Origin: a virus
Direction: 5' to 3' (one strand)
IMG/VR virus record: IMGVR_UViG_3300030099_006646
Span: 1-64,000 of that record
Length of the DNA: 64,000 bases
Shown here: piece by piece, positions 8,466-18,114 of the stretch
How the letters are laid out: every line of letters starts with the position of its first letter
Position numbering within the stretch: position 1 is the first letter of the stretch
Made by a program: the position numbers and the translations under genes
Notes under the pieces: model-generated
The model's database searches: none
Told to the model about the DNA's origin: nothing
The model's input: only the letters and a program-made list of their open reading frames with translations

Positions 8466-10076
8466 ATGAATATAGTTTACATCTCTGACTTTTTTGTGGA
8501 ACAAGTAGCCGGTGGAGGAGAACTCGTTGACGATTGTCTAATGAAGCATCTTTCTTCACGCGGCTTTTCCATTTTAAAGGTCAATTCACAAAATACAACA
8601 CAAGATTTTTTAGAAAAAAATAAAGATTCGTTCTTTATTGTCTCTAACTTCGTTGGATTAAGTCAACAAAGCAAAGATTTTCTTCAAAATTGCCGCTACA
8701 TTATCTACGAACACGATCACAAGTACATAATAGAGCGAAATCCTTCGCATTATCCAGACTTTGTTGTGCCTCCAAGCCGATTATGCAACCTTTCTTTCTA
8801 CAGAAATGCTCAAGCAGTGGTTTGTCAGTCAAAACTACACGCAGAAGTCTTACGAAAGAACATAAAATCTAACAATATTGTCTCTGCTGGTTGTACTTTA
8901 TGGTCAAAAGAGCATCTAGAGGTCTTAAGAAAGCATCTTAATACTCCAAAAACCGACAAAGCCGCTGTCTTAGACTCAACTAACCAAGTAAAAGGCACAT
9001 TCCAGGCTATTGAGCATTGCAAACGCAAGAATATTGACTATGAACTTATTAAATCACCTGATTATGACGAGTTTATTGGTCAACTTGCTTCAAAAAACTC
9101 ATTAGTTTTCTTTTCACAGGTATTAGAGAGTTTTTGTAGGCTCGTCGTAGAAGCCCGTATTCTCGATTGTAAGCTCATTACGAACAAAATGAATGGTTGT
9201 ACCTCGGAAGATTGGTTTAAAGCCTCTAAGGGGGCAAAACTCCTTGAATACGTGGAAAATAAACAAGAAGAAGTGGTTGATCTGTTCGTTTCACTTGTAA
9301 AAGGTGAGAAAAACACCGAAGTTATGCAAGAAACTGCTGATATTACAGTGATTTTGAACTCTTACAGGCGTCCATATAACCTAAAAATGCAAATAGAGGC
9401 TCTAAAAGCCCAAACAATCAAGCCAAAAGAGATTTGGTTGTGGGTAAATGCCCATGAAGACAATAAAGATTACGATTATTCCGACTTAGGGCTTGATAAA
9501 ATCTTTAATAACGACTTTAACTGGAAATTCTACGGTAGATTTGCCGGAGCACTGCTTTCAGACACCAAATACGTCGCTATTTTTGATGATGATACCATTC
9601 CAGGCACAAAATGGTTCGAAAACTGCTTAAATACGATGAAAACACACGAAGGTATCCTTGGTTCGGCTGGAATCTTGCTAAATGACAAAATTTATGTAAA
9701 ACACGACCGTTGTGGTTGGCCAACAAGGAATGAAGAGGCTATAGAGGTAGATTTAGTGGGTCATGCGTGGTTTTTTAAGCGAGATTGGCTACAATACCTC
9801 TGGAAAGAGAAGCCACCGACCTGGGATAACGCAGAAGACATACAATTTGCCTATTCTGCCCAAAAATACGGTAATATTAAGACATATTGCCCTCCACACC
9901 CTAAAAATGACATGGAAATGCACGGATCTATCATGGGAAATGAACTTGGCATCGATAATAAGGCAACTTCGACCAATTCTGCCGTTTCGCACCAACAATT
10001 CTTCTCTGAAAGGGACTTTTGTGTGCAATATGCCCTAAAAAATGGGTGGAAAACAGTACGAGGAGTCACGTTATGA
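8466..10076 (+). CDS. Two-domain glycosyltransferase (GT-B-like plus GT-A/GT2-like)
   Basis: N-half GGGEL..EHD..ESFCRLVVEA; C-half ITVILNSYRR, IFDDDTIPG (DxD), AEDI. Confidence 0.8.
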   Translation: MNIVYISDFFVEQVAGGGELVDDCLMKHLSSRGFSILKVNSQNTTQDFLEKNKDSFFIVSNFVGLSQQSKDFLQNCRYIIYEHDHKYIIERNPSHYPDFVVPPSRLCNLSFYRNAQAVVCQSKLHAEVLRKNIKSNNIVSAGCTLWSKEHLEVLRKHLNTPKTDKAAVLDSTNQVKGTFQAIEHCKRKNIDYELIKSPDYDEFIGQLASKNSLVFFSQVLESFCRLVVEARILDCKLITNKMNGCTSEDWFKASKGAKLLEYVENKQEEVVDLFVSLVKGEKNTEVMQETADITVILNSYRRPYNLKMQIEALKAQTIKPKEIWLWVNAHEDNKDYDYSDLGLDKIFNNDFNWKFYGRFAGALLSDTKYVAIFDDDTIPGTKWFENCLNTMKTHEGILGSAGILLNDKIYVKHDRCGWPTRNEEAIEVDLVGHAWFFKRDWLQYLWKEKPPTWDNAEDIQFAYSAQKYGNIKTYCPPHPKNDMEMHGSIMGNELGIDNKATSTNSAVSHQQFFSERDFCVQYALKNGWKTVRGVTL

Positions 10077-11080
10077 TGCTAATTTGCTTTGGAACACGCC
10101 CTGAATACATCAAAATTAAGCCTATTTTGGAGGTTTTTAAGGGTAAAATACCCCATAAAATCCTGTTTACAGGGCAACATACAGACCTTTTAGAGCATAT
10201 AAAAGACAATGTTCACCGCTTATATATTAAAGATGGACCTAATAGATTAGATTCTATTGTCACTTCTACCTTGAATAACGAGGATATTTTTAAAAATGTA
10301 ACGTCTGTTATGGTACAAGGAGACACTACATCGGCTTTTGCTATTGCTTTGGCTGCTTTTCATCGTAAAATACCCGTATTACACCTTGAGGCAGGGCTTA
10401 GAACGTATAATTTAGACCATCCTTACCCTGAAGAGTTCAATAGACAGGCAATTGGGCGCATAGCGACCTATAATCTATGTCCTACATCTAAATGTATGGC
10501 AAACTTAGAGAAAGAACACACTCCAGGTAAAAGATTTATTGTAGGCAACACAGTTTTAGATAATCTTGTTGATTTAGAGCCTTCTTTTAGTAATAACGTG
10601 ATTATAACGCTTCATAGGAGAGAAAATCATCACTGGATTGATGAATGGTTTAAAAAAATAGATAAATTGGCTGAGAAACACAAAGATTTAAACTTTATAT
10701 TACCAATTCATCCAAATCCAGCCGTTTTAAAGCACAAACACTTATTAGAACACGTAAAAGTCATTGATCCAGTGCCATACGATGAATTTATTAAGATGCT
10801 GGCGGGATGTAAGTTCGCTATAACAGATAGCGGAGGATTGCAAGAGGAACTTTCCTTTTTTGGCAAGCTTTGTATCGTATGTCGTAAGAAAACAGAGAGA
10901 ACAGAAGGTGTAGGAACCTTTGCCTACCTTTGCATGGAACCAAACAACTTAGAAGAGCTGTTTAATAGAATAAACAGCAACTATAACTCTGTTAAAGGCA
11001 TACCTTCTCCATATGGCAACGGAAAATCAGCCGAAAAGATACTAAAACTCATAAAGGATGGTTATGTCACAGGGATTTAA
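10073..11080 (+). CDS. wecB: UDP-N-acetylglucosamine 2-epimerase
   Basis: GTRPEYIK, VQGDTTSA, HLEAGLR, PEEFNR, TLHRREN, HPNP, TDSGGLQEE, TER, PYGNG; ATGA-coupled start at 10073. Confidence 0.93.
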   Translation: MMLICFGTRPEYIKIKPILEVFKGKIPHKILFTGQHTDLLEHIKDNVHRLYIKDGPNRLDSIVTSTLNNEDIFKNVTSVMVQGDTTSAFAIALAAFHRKIPVLHLEAGLRTYNLDHPYPEEFNRQAIGRIATYNLCPTSKCMANLEKEHTPGKRFIVGNTVLDNLVDLEPSFSNNVIITLHRRENHHWIDEWFKKIDKLAEKHKDLNFILPIHPNPAVLKHKHLLEHVKVIDPVPYDEFIKMLAGCKFAITDSGGLQEELSFFGKLCIVCRKKTERTEGVGTFAYLCMEPNNLEELFNRINSNYNSVKGIPSPYGNGKSAEKILKLIKDGYVTGI

Positions 11081-11846
11081 AGAAGATTTCTTCAATCTTC
11101 TCAATAAGTTAAAGAATAATGAGCATTTTGCCTTTACTCGTTTTTCAGACGGTGAAGTATTCGTCATGGAGAACAAACATTTGATTTTACAGGAGAAATT
11201 CTGTAAAGTAGGCGATTTAATCCATAACTTTGGTTATTCAGAGGATGATCACAAAGAATTTGACCCTGAAAAGCATCAGTTCGTCCGTGAAAAGCTTATG
11301 GACGCCTTTAACTTTAAGAAAGAGAACTATTTCGTTGGAGCAGGGTGTAATAACTGCACTTGCGAGATTAGAAACCAAATTCCTTGGCTAAAAGAGATGC
11401 GACCAGGCGATGAAGAACACTGGACTTCTCCAAACCTGCTCGTTAACTCAAACTATCCTCTTTTTATCACACAGTTTGTCCCAGAGTTTAAAAATCACAA
11501 GATTGTTATGATCTGTAGCGAGAAAGCCAAGTTTGATAAAGCTCCTTTTGATGTTGTAAAAGACTTTAGGGTTGGAAAGAACTGTATTGTCAACGATCAT
11601 CATCTTGAAGAAGAAATCAAGACCTGGATGAACGAGAACAATGTTGAGAACCATTTATTTTTATTCTCTGCGTCAAGTTTAAGTGAAATACTCATTCATA
11701 AATTATTCGAACACAATGATAAGAATACCTACATGGATATTGGGACTTGTCTGCATCCATATCTTGGATTAACAGTGGAAAGAGATTATCTTAGAGCATA
11801 TTGGAACAACAAGTTTCACCCTGACCTTTTTAAGGAATGCGGTTGA
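11058..11846 (+). CDS. Putative GT-D fold (DUF1792-like) glycosyltransferase
   Basis: FAFTRFSDGE (RFxDGE signature) and C-terminal YMDIG. Confidence 0.6.
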   Translation: MVMSQGFKEDFFNLLNKLKNNEHFAFTRFSDGEVFVMENKHLILQEKFCKVGDLIHNFGYSEDDHKEFDPEKHQFVREKLMDAFNFKKENYFVGAGCNNCTCEIRNQIPWLKEMRPGDEEHWTSPNLLVNSNYPLFITQFVPEFKNHKIVMICSEKAKFDKAPFDVVKDFRVGKNCIVNDHHLEEEIKTWMNENNVENHLFLFSASSLSEILIHKLFEHNDKNTYMDIGTCLHPYLGLTVERDYLRAYWNNKFHPDLFKECG

Positions 11847-12229
11847 TGGATTTTGTAAGCAATAAAAAAGAATATTGGAAGTTTATCTTAGATTTAAGAA
11901 ATCATCCGAGTGTTAAAGTTGGCTTTATTCAACAAGAACATATTTCAGAGGAAAGTCATATAGAATACATGAAAGAACACAGTGATAAATATTTTGTATG
12001 CTTGATTGACGGTGAACCCGCTGGGTATGTAGGAGTTATTAACAAAGATATTCGTGTAGCAACTCATCCAAAATATCAAGGACGCGGAGTAGGTAAATTT
12101 ATGATTGACGAGATAATGAAAATATATCCTAGCTCTTGTGCAAAAATAAAGATGGAAAACGAAGCAAGCATAAAACTTTTTGAAAAATGTGGCTTTAAAA
12201 AGAAATATTACATCCTGGAGAAGCAATGA
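11837..12229 (+). CDS. GNAT N-acetyltransferase (PseH-like)
   Basis: LRNHPSVK..ISEESH, HPKYQGRGVG acetyl-CoA loop, NEASIKLFEKCGF; start may be 11846. Confidence 0.85.
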   Translation: MRLMDFVSNKKEYWKFILDLRNHPSVKVGFIQQEHISEESHIEYMKEHSDKYFVCLIDGEPAGYVGVINKDIRVATHPKYQGRGVGKFMIDEIMKIYPSSCAKIKMENEASIKLFEKCGFKKKYYILEKQ

Positions 12230-13635
12230 TTTCAAACAATAAAAAACTTAAAGACTTAGAAAATATTGATGTAATATTCTTTAGCGCTTTTGACCACAAT
12301 GAGGGAAAAAATAATCATGGATTATTTCAAATGTTCGACTTCTTTAGAAGCAACTTGAAGATAAAGTCTGTGTTTGTCAACACGCTAGAAAGTCTATACA
12401 GGAATGATATCGATATTTTTAATATTAGCCATTTAGGAGAAAATTTACCATTAGCTCAACAGATAAACTACGATTTTATGGATTCAAGCTCAAGTAATCC
12501 GTACCTTTGGCTAAACCAGTGTGATAAAACAGAAGAAGGAAGAAAAGAATATACAGAACACGCAGCCCGTATTTTAATAAAAAACTTGCCGAATCACAAA
12601 TTTATAGCCATCGCTGATAAAGCAGATATTGACTTGCCAGTACTAGAACTGATCTTAAGACACTTTAAATCAAAGGTCATTATTTTATCTGCTGTTAATA
12701 ATACATGGACCGGATATTGTGCATACCCGGATGAATACAATTGTGACAAGTTTAAAACTAAAGAGGGTTGCCGATTACCATGCCCTGCAATTTCTAGAAG
12801 AAAAGGTGGCGATGCAAGTTTTTTGTCTTCGAACTATAATGCCACAAAGGATTTTGTAGAAAGAAACAAGGAATCAGTTGTTTTGAATGTTGGTAACAAG
12901 TTTTCTTTCCAAGAAGCAAGTGAGAGTTTTATATTCAAGGATATCGAAAAAGTTTTAATACCATTAAAAAATGTTTTTTCTCACGATGATTTTGAAAAAT
13001 TATGGCTTGCTAAGAAAGATCAAAGGGAGAACTTACTTAATAATCTTAAGCAACAATCTTCTTTTAACGTGCAAAAAACAAAGTTTATTATCATGTGGTC
13101 AGCGCATGACATAGCTATAAAAAGAAAAGGTATGGATTATTTTATAACTTCTTTAAGAATACTGAAATATCTGATGAAGGTGGATAGGTTTGATGAGATG
13201 TTAGTCGTTATATCTGCACAAATTGGTGATCACGTCCTTGCTAATGAATTAAAAAAACTTAACATACCAGTAGTTTTTACTGGACATATAGATAAAAATA
13301 CTTATAATTCTATCTTAGCTGCAAGTGATGTGTATTGTTCGACTACTCTTAGCGATGCAGGACCTAGAACAACATACGAAGCTGCCGCCCTGGCTACTCC
13401 TGTAATTTCTTTTGATAAATGCAATGCTGCTGATTTTGTAAGTAATGAAAACGGAGCTTTAGTTGAAACTTATGACGTGAAAAGCTTTGCAGAGCAAATG
13501 TACAGATTCGCTAACCACAACAAAGAAGAAAAAAAGTTAACTTCACTCAATATGTATAAGACTTACGAGAACCTGATGGATACTAATAAACTTGTAGAAA
13601 AGTGGGAGGATTTCTTTAAAAAACATGGAGTATGA
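12226..13635 (+). CDS. Glycosyltransferase GT4 (WcaC-like)
   Basis: WTGYCAYP..C..GC..CP, RKGMD, AASDVY, DAGPRTTYEAAALATPVI. Confidence 0.82.
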   Translation: MISNNKKLKDLENIDVIFFSAFDHNEGKNNHGLFQMFDFFRSNLKIKSVFVNTLESLYRNDIDIFNISHLGENLPLAQQINYDFMDSSSSNPYLWLNQCDKTEEGRKEYTEHAARILIKNLPNHKFIAIADKADIDLPVLELILRHFKSKVIILSAVNNTWTGYCAYPDEYNCDKFKTKEGCRLPCPAISRRKGGDASFLSSNYNATKDFVERNKESVVLNVGNKFSFQEASESFIFKDIEKVLIPLKNVFSHDDFEKLWLAKKDQRENLLNNLKQQSSFNVQKTKFIIMWSAHDIAIKRKGMDYFITSLRILKYLMKVDRFDEMLVVISAQIGDHVLANELKKLNIPVVFTGHIDKNTYNSILAASDVYCSTTLSDAGPRTTYEAAALATPVISFDKCNAADFVSNENGALVETYDVKSFAEQMYRFANHNKEEKKLTSLNMYKTYENLMDTNKLVEKWEDFFKKHGV

Positions 13636-14368
13636 AGCTTTTAAAGAAAAGGGATACCAAGTATTTCCCAATGTATTAAGTGTCAAGCAAATAGAGTTTT
13701 ATAAAAATGCAATGCTTGAAGTTTATAGCGAACAAGTAAAAGATTTTGGAGAAATCAATCTTAAGAGTATTGGTGAAGAGAATGTTGTACGCTCTCCGTT
13801 TCTACAAGATAAATCTTTTCAGTTTCTATTTTACAATGATTTTACAAAAAAAATCATTAAAGATATCTTAGGAGATCACGCAATACTAAGCTTGCAAAAT
13901 GGAATATTTATACCTCCAAAGCAAAACCATCATCAAAGTTTTTTTCATAGAGATATAATATATCAAGAGTTTACATCTTCTCGACCTTTATCAATAAACC
14001 TATACTACTGTCTAGATGACTACAACGAAGAAAACGGAGGAACTTGTTTTGTTCCACAAAGTCACAAGGTAGAGAAATTAGAATCTTTCCACAATCACGA
14101 AACCCCTGGTGTTGAAGCTGGATCTGTTATATTATTTGACTCTATGGTTTATCACAAAGCTGGAAATAACAAAACAAATCAAACAAGATGTGGTATAAAT
14201 AATATGTTCACATTGCCATTTATAAAACAACAAATAAAATATCCTTTTTGTTTAAAAGACAAGACACAAGACAAAGATTTAAATAGACTTCTTGGCTTTG
14301 AAAGCAACGAGTTTCTAAGTGTAACAAACTTTAGAGAATACCGTCTCAAAAGAAACAATAATGTCTAA
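13625..14368 (+). CDS. PhyH-family Fe(II)/2-oxoglutarate dioxygenase
   Basis: FHRD (HxD), LDDYNEENGGT.FVPQSH, AGSVILFDSMVYHKAG, R. Confidence 0.88.
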   Translation: MEYEAFKEKGYQVFPNVLSVKQIEFYKNAMLEVYSEQVKDFGEINLKSIGEENVVRSPFLQDKSFQFLFYNDFTKKIIKDILGDHAILSLQNGIFIPPKQNHHQSFFHRDIIYQEFTSSRPLSINLYYCLDDYNEENGGTCFVPQSHKVEKLESFHNHETPGVEAGSVILFDSMVYHKAGNNKTNQTRCGINNMFTLPFIKQQIKYPFCLKDKTQDKDLNRLLGFESNEFLSVTNFREYRLKRNNNV

Positions 14369-15056
14369 TAAAATAATCATAACTCAGTCAAACTATATTC
14401 CTTGGAAGGGCTACTTTACTTCTATGAAAAAAGCCACTCATGTTATCTTGTATGATAATGCTCAATATACTAGGAGAGATTGGAGAAACAGAAATAAAAT
14501 CATAACCCCTAATGGACCTTCGTGGCTATCTATACCTATCGATGTTAAAGGCAAGTTTCATCAAAAAATAAATGAAGCAAGAGTAAAAGATAACAAATGG
14601 TCTTTGGACCATTGGAACAAGATTGTTCAAAATTACAAAAAAGCTCCTTGTTTTGATGAGTATAGTATTCACTTTAAAGACTTGTATACAAAGCAGTTGT
14701 GTGAATATGAATATTTGTCAGATATTAATAGAGTAATGCTTCAAAAGTGTATTGATTTGTTAGATATAGAGATCAAAGTCTTAGACTCAAGAGAGTTCGA
14801 CATTAGAGGCGGAAAAACTGAAAAACTTATTAATCTTTGTAATGATTTAGAGGCAAATGAGTATTTTACTGGACCTGCTGCAAAAGGTTATATGGAAGAG
14901 GACTTGTTCGAAAAGAATAATATAAAGCTAACTTATTATGATCTAGATGGTTTCCCAACATACAAACAACTATGGGATGGTTTTGATCATTATGTTAGCG
15001 TTCTTGATATGTTTTTTATTTTAGGCTCAGAAACTAAAGAACATTTTAATTGGTAG
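14361..15056 (+). CDS. WbqC-family protein (putative glycyltransferase)
   Basis: QSNYIPWKGYF, YD.AQY.RRDWRNRNKI, WLSIP, NYKKAP, Y.TGPAA..Y, SVLDMFF. Confidence 0.92.
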   Translation: MSNKIIITQSNYIPWKGYFTSMKKATHVILYDNAQYTRRDWRNRNKIITPNGPSWLSIPIDVKGKFHQKINEARVKDNKWSLDHWNKIVQNYKKAPCFDEYSIHFKDLYTKQLCEYEYLSDINRVMLQKCIDLLDIEIKVLDSREFDIRGGKTEKLINLCNDLEANEYFTGPAAKGYMEEDLFEKNNIKLTYYDLDGFPTYKQLWDGFDHYVSVLDMFFILGSETKEHFNW

Positions 15057-15064
15057 AAGACGTT

Positions 15065-15706
15065 ATGAGTGATGAATTTATAAATTTTATAAGTAGAAAA
15101 AACTTTTGCGGTACAAAAGAATGGGCGCATAAGTATATTTCCAATTACTATGCAAAAGAGTTTGGAGACAAAAGAGAACAAAATTTAGTATTTGTAGAAC
15201 TTGGAGTGCGAGACGGTATTGATTTAACCATGTTTGCTGATTGGCTTTATAAATCGAAAGTTATTGGCGTGGATATAGATCCAATCACTGAGTATTCTTA
15301 CAGAGGTTACGGAAAGTGGGACAGGAGAGAAAGTGGATATGGGAAATATGATGTAAAATTTAACGAATTAAACAATATTGATTTTATACAAGCAGATGCT
15401 TATAATATAGATACTGTAAATAAATTTGATGATTTGTCGATAGATTATTTAATAGATGATGCATCCCATATACTTAAAGATCAGATAAAATGTCTAAAAT
15501 TGTATTATCCTAAAATGAAAAAAGGCGGTAAAGTTATCATAGAAGATGTAGGTTACAAATACCATCGCACTGAGCCAGGTACACCTGACGAAGCTATCTC
15601 CGCCCTCCGCAACCAATCTAAAGATTTATATGATTTTAAGTTGTTTGATTTAAGAAATCAAACAAACTATAGCTATTCTATTTTAATAGAATTGCAAAAG
15701 AGGTAA
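15065..15706 (+). CDS. Class I SAM-dependent (O-)methyltransferase
   Basis: VELGVRDG, GVDID, LIDDASH, KGGKVIIED. Confidence 0.85.
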   Translation: MSDEFINFISRKNFCGTKEWAHKYISNYYAKEFGDKREQNLVFVELGVRDGIDLTMFADWLYKSKVIGVDIDPITEYSYRGYGKWDRRESGYGKYDVKFNELNNIDFIQADAYNIDTVNKFDDLSIDYLIDDASHILKDQIKCLKLYYPKMKKGGKVIIEDVGYKYHRTEPGTPDEAISALRNQSKDLYDFKLFDLRNQTNYSYSILIELQKR

Positions 15707-15708
15707 AA

Positions 15709-16374
15709 ATGAAAAATAAAAAACTAGTTCTTTTTGGCGAAGGGTTATATACAGAAATAGCTCATCAATATTTCAATGATGATACCGATTATGAGGTTGT
15801 TTGCTTCACAAAAGATGATGACCACATAAAATCTAATGAATATTTGGGGCTCCCTATGATTCCATTTTCAAAGATACAAGATCTATATCCACCAGACGAA
15901 TTTGACATGCACATTGCCCTGAGTTATACGGAGCTAAATCACTTAAGAAAAAGAAAGTTTTATGAAGCAAAAGAGAAAGGTTATAAACTTCCATCTTATA
16001 TCAGCTCTAAAAGCAGTGTCATGACCAAATATCCTATTGGAGAAAACTGTTTTATTTTTGAAGACAATACGGTACAACCATTTGTCAAGATAGAAGATAA
16101 TATTATCCTTTGGAGCGGCAATCACATTGGACATCACAGCATTATAAAGAGCCATAACTTTATAAGTTCTCATGTTGTTGTCTCTGGACAATGTACTGTC
16201 AATTCTCATTGTTTTGTTGGAGTTAATAGCACTATTGGACACATGGTTGAGATTGGCGAAGAAACGCTAGTTGGTGCTGGCTCTGTAATAACAAAGAACA
16301 CTGAAAAAGGTTCAGTGTATGTTCCAGCTAGAAGTGTCAAATTAGATAAACCAAGTAGCAGTTTTAAGCTTTAG
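15709..16374 (+). CDS. Hexapeptide-repeat sugar acetyltransferase (NeuD/PglB/VioB family)
   Basis: N-terminal Rossmann-like LVLFG, IGENCFI, HIGHHS, CFVGVNSTI, LVGAGSVI, YVPAR. Confidence 0.9.
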   Translation: MKNKKLVLFGEGLYTEIAHQYFNDDTDYEVVCFTKDDDHIKSNEYLGLPMIPFSKIQDLYPPDEFDMHIALSYTELNHLRKRKFYEAKEKGYKLPSYISSKSSVMTKYPIGENCFIFEDNTVQPFVKIEDNIILWSGNHIGHHSIIKSHNFISSHVVVSGQCTVNSHCFVGVNSTIGHMVEIGEETLVGAGSVITKNTEKGSVYVPARSVKLDKPSSSFKL

Positions 16375-16375
16375 T

Positions 16376-17260
16376 ATGAAAGAGTGTAGTTGGAAAAAAT
16401 TAGGAATGATCTATAGAGTAGACAACGACCATCCTTGTTTGCTCACTCACGCTTCAAATCCCCTCGCTTGTCATTTGAATGATGATATATATAGAATATT
16501 TTATTCTGGCAGGGATAGTGAGAACAGGTCCTCTATTTCTTATGTTGATTATGATGTTGAACAAAGAAAGATTGTAAATGACTATAAAACTCCTATTGCA
16601 ACGCCTAAAGAAAGTACTTTCTATTCTCACGGAATAACAATAGGAAATTGCTGGAAACAGAACGGTGATGATTATATTGGATTTATGGGATGGCAACAAA
16701 AAAAAGGTCACCACTGGCGAGGAGATATTGGAAGAGTAAATTTAAGAACAAAAGAAATATCTATGCTTTTGGGCACTAACGAAGAAGACAAAGTTAGCCT
16801 ATCTTATCCTCACATTATTCATGAAAATGGGCTGTATAAGATGTGGTATGGCTCTACAATAAGCTGGACGTCTGTCAATGGAGAAATGGTTCACGTTATA
16901 AAGTACGCCACATCTAAAGATTGTGAAACTTGGGACTTTAAAGGTGTAGCAATACCTTATGAAATAGGCAAAGCGCAAGCCTTCTCTAAGCCATCCGTTT
17001 ATAAAGATGCAGATGGATATCATATGTGGTTTTCTTACAGATCAGGCGATGGTACACCATATAGAATTGGATATGCTTTTAGTAAAGATGGAGAAGACTG
17101 GTCTATGAAACAAAGTAATTTAAACATTTCTGCTAAAGGATGGGATAAAAATATGATATGCTATCCTCATGTTTTCAAGCACAAGGAAAGCTTATACATG
17201 CTTTATAATGGAGACAAATATGGCATCGCTGGTTTTGGACTAGCCAAGAAACATTATTGA
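16376..17260 (+). CDS. Five-bladed beta-propeller glycoside hydrolase-like protein (GH32/43/130 clan)
   Basis: Repeated blades: HASNP, SYPHII..MWYGS, IKYATSKD..W, MWFSYR..YRIGYAFSKDG..W, GWD..MICYP, YMLYNG..YG..GFGLA. Confidence 0.75.
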   Translation: MKECSWKKLGMIYRVDNDHPCLLTHASNPLACHLNDDIYRIFYSGRDSENRSSISYVDYDVEQRKIVNDYKTPIATPKESTFYSHGITIGNCWKQNGDDYIGFMGWQQKKGHHWRGDIGRVNLRTKEISMLLGTNEEDKVSLSYPHIIHENGLYKMWYGSTISWTSVNGEMVHVIKYATSKDCETWDFKGVAIPYEIGKAQAFSKPSVYKDADGYHMWFSYRSGDGTPYRIGYAFSKDGEDWSMKQSNLNISAKGWDKNMICYPHVFKHKESLYMLYNGDKYGIAGFGLAKKHY

Positions 17261-17267
17261 GGAATTT

Positions 17268-18110
17268 ATGATAGATTATGAAGCTAAAAGAGCAACATTA
17301 GAACTTATAAACAACATCACAGATGACGCCGAAATCGCGGCACAAGCAGATATTCTTGTTTTTTCTGAAAATAAGGATGTGATCACTAACCCCTATGATT
17401 ACGATCCCTCCGATGTGATAAATACTTTATCTGAACTTAAAGGGGATATAGATTACTTAGAGGTCGGAGTCGATCAGGGTCTCACATTTAATAATGTCAA
17501 CAATACTAATATAAAACATGGAGTCGATCCTTATGGAGCATCAGAAAACATTACACATAGAATGACTTCTCAAATGTTTTTTACAATGAATAGGCGCTTT
17601 TTTAATAACAAGTATGATGTTATTTTTTTAGATGGAATGCATCTAACAGAATTTTTAAATTATGAAATTTTTGAAAGCTTGAATATACTAAAAGATGACG
17701 GCATTATTTTATTGCATGATACGTGCCCATTCAAAGAATCTGCCCAAGCTATACTGAGAGAAGATTTTGATAATATTTTGAGAGATGTTATTTCTGCCGA
17801 CGAGAAAGAACGAATGTCGTGGCATGAAAATACAGCGAAAAATGAACCAACAGGATACAACGGAGATGTCTGGAAAAGCGTTGCTAAATTTAGAAACATC
17901 ACTGACCATACTATATTCTCTATTCCAAACGCCTGTATGAGTGTAATCATTCCAGAAAATATTAAAGCATTCAAAAAGCCACCGCTAAGGTTCTCATCTG
18001 ATATTAGCAATTTGTCTTGGATTGATTATTACCAAAATTTTGAAGTAATAATGAATCCTGTTTCAATGCAGTATTTTATAGAACATATTTCTGACTGGAT
18101 AAAGAGGTAA
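17268..18110 (+). CDS. Class I SAM-dependent methyltransferase (Methyltransf_24-like)
   Basis: YLEVGVDQG, GVDP, MTSQMFF, DVIFLDGMH, GIILLHD, GDVWK. Confidence 0.85.
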   Translation: MIDYEAKRATLELINNITDDAEIAAQADILVFSENKDVITNPYDYDPSDVINTLSELKGDIDYLEVGVDQGLTFNNVNNTNIKHGVDPYGASENITHRMTSQMFFTMNRRFFNNKYDVIFLDGMHLTEFLNYEIFESLNILKDDGIILLHDTCPFKESAQAILREDFDNILRDVISADEKERMSWHENTAKNEPTGYNGDVWKSVAKFRNITDHTIFSIPNACMSVIIPENIKAFKKPPLRFSSDISNLSWIDYYQNFEVIMNPVSMQYFIEHISDWIKR

Positions 18111-18114
18111 AATA

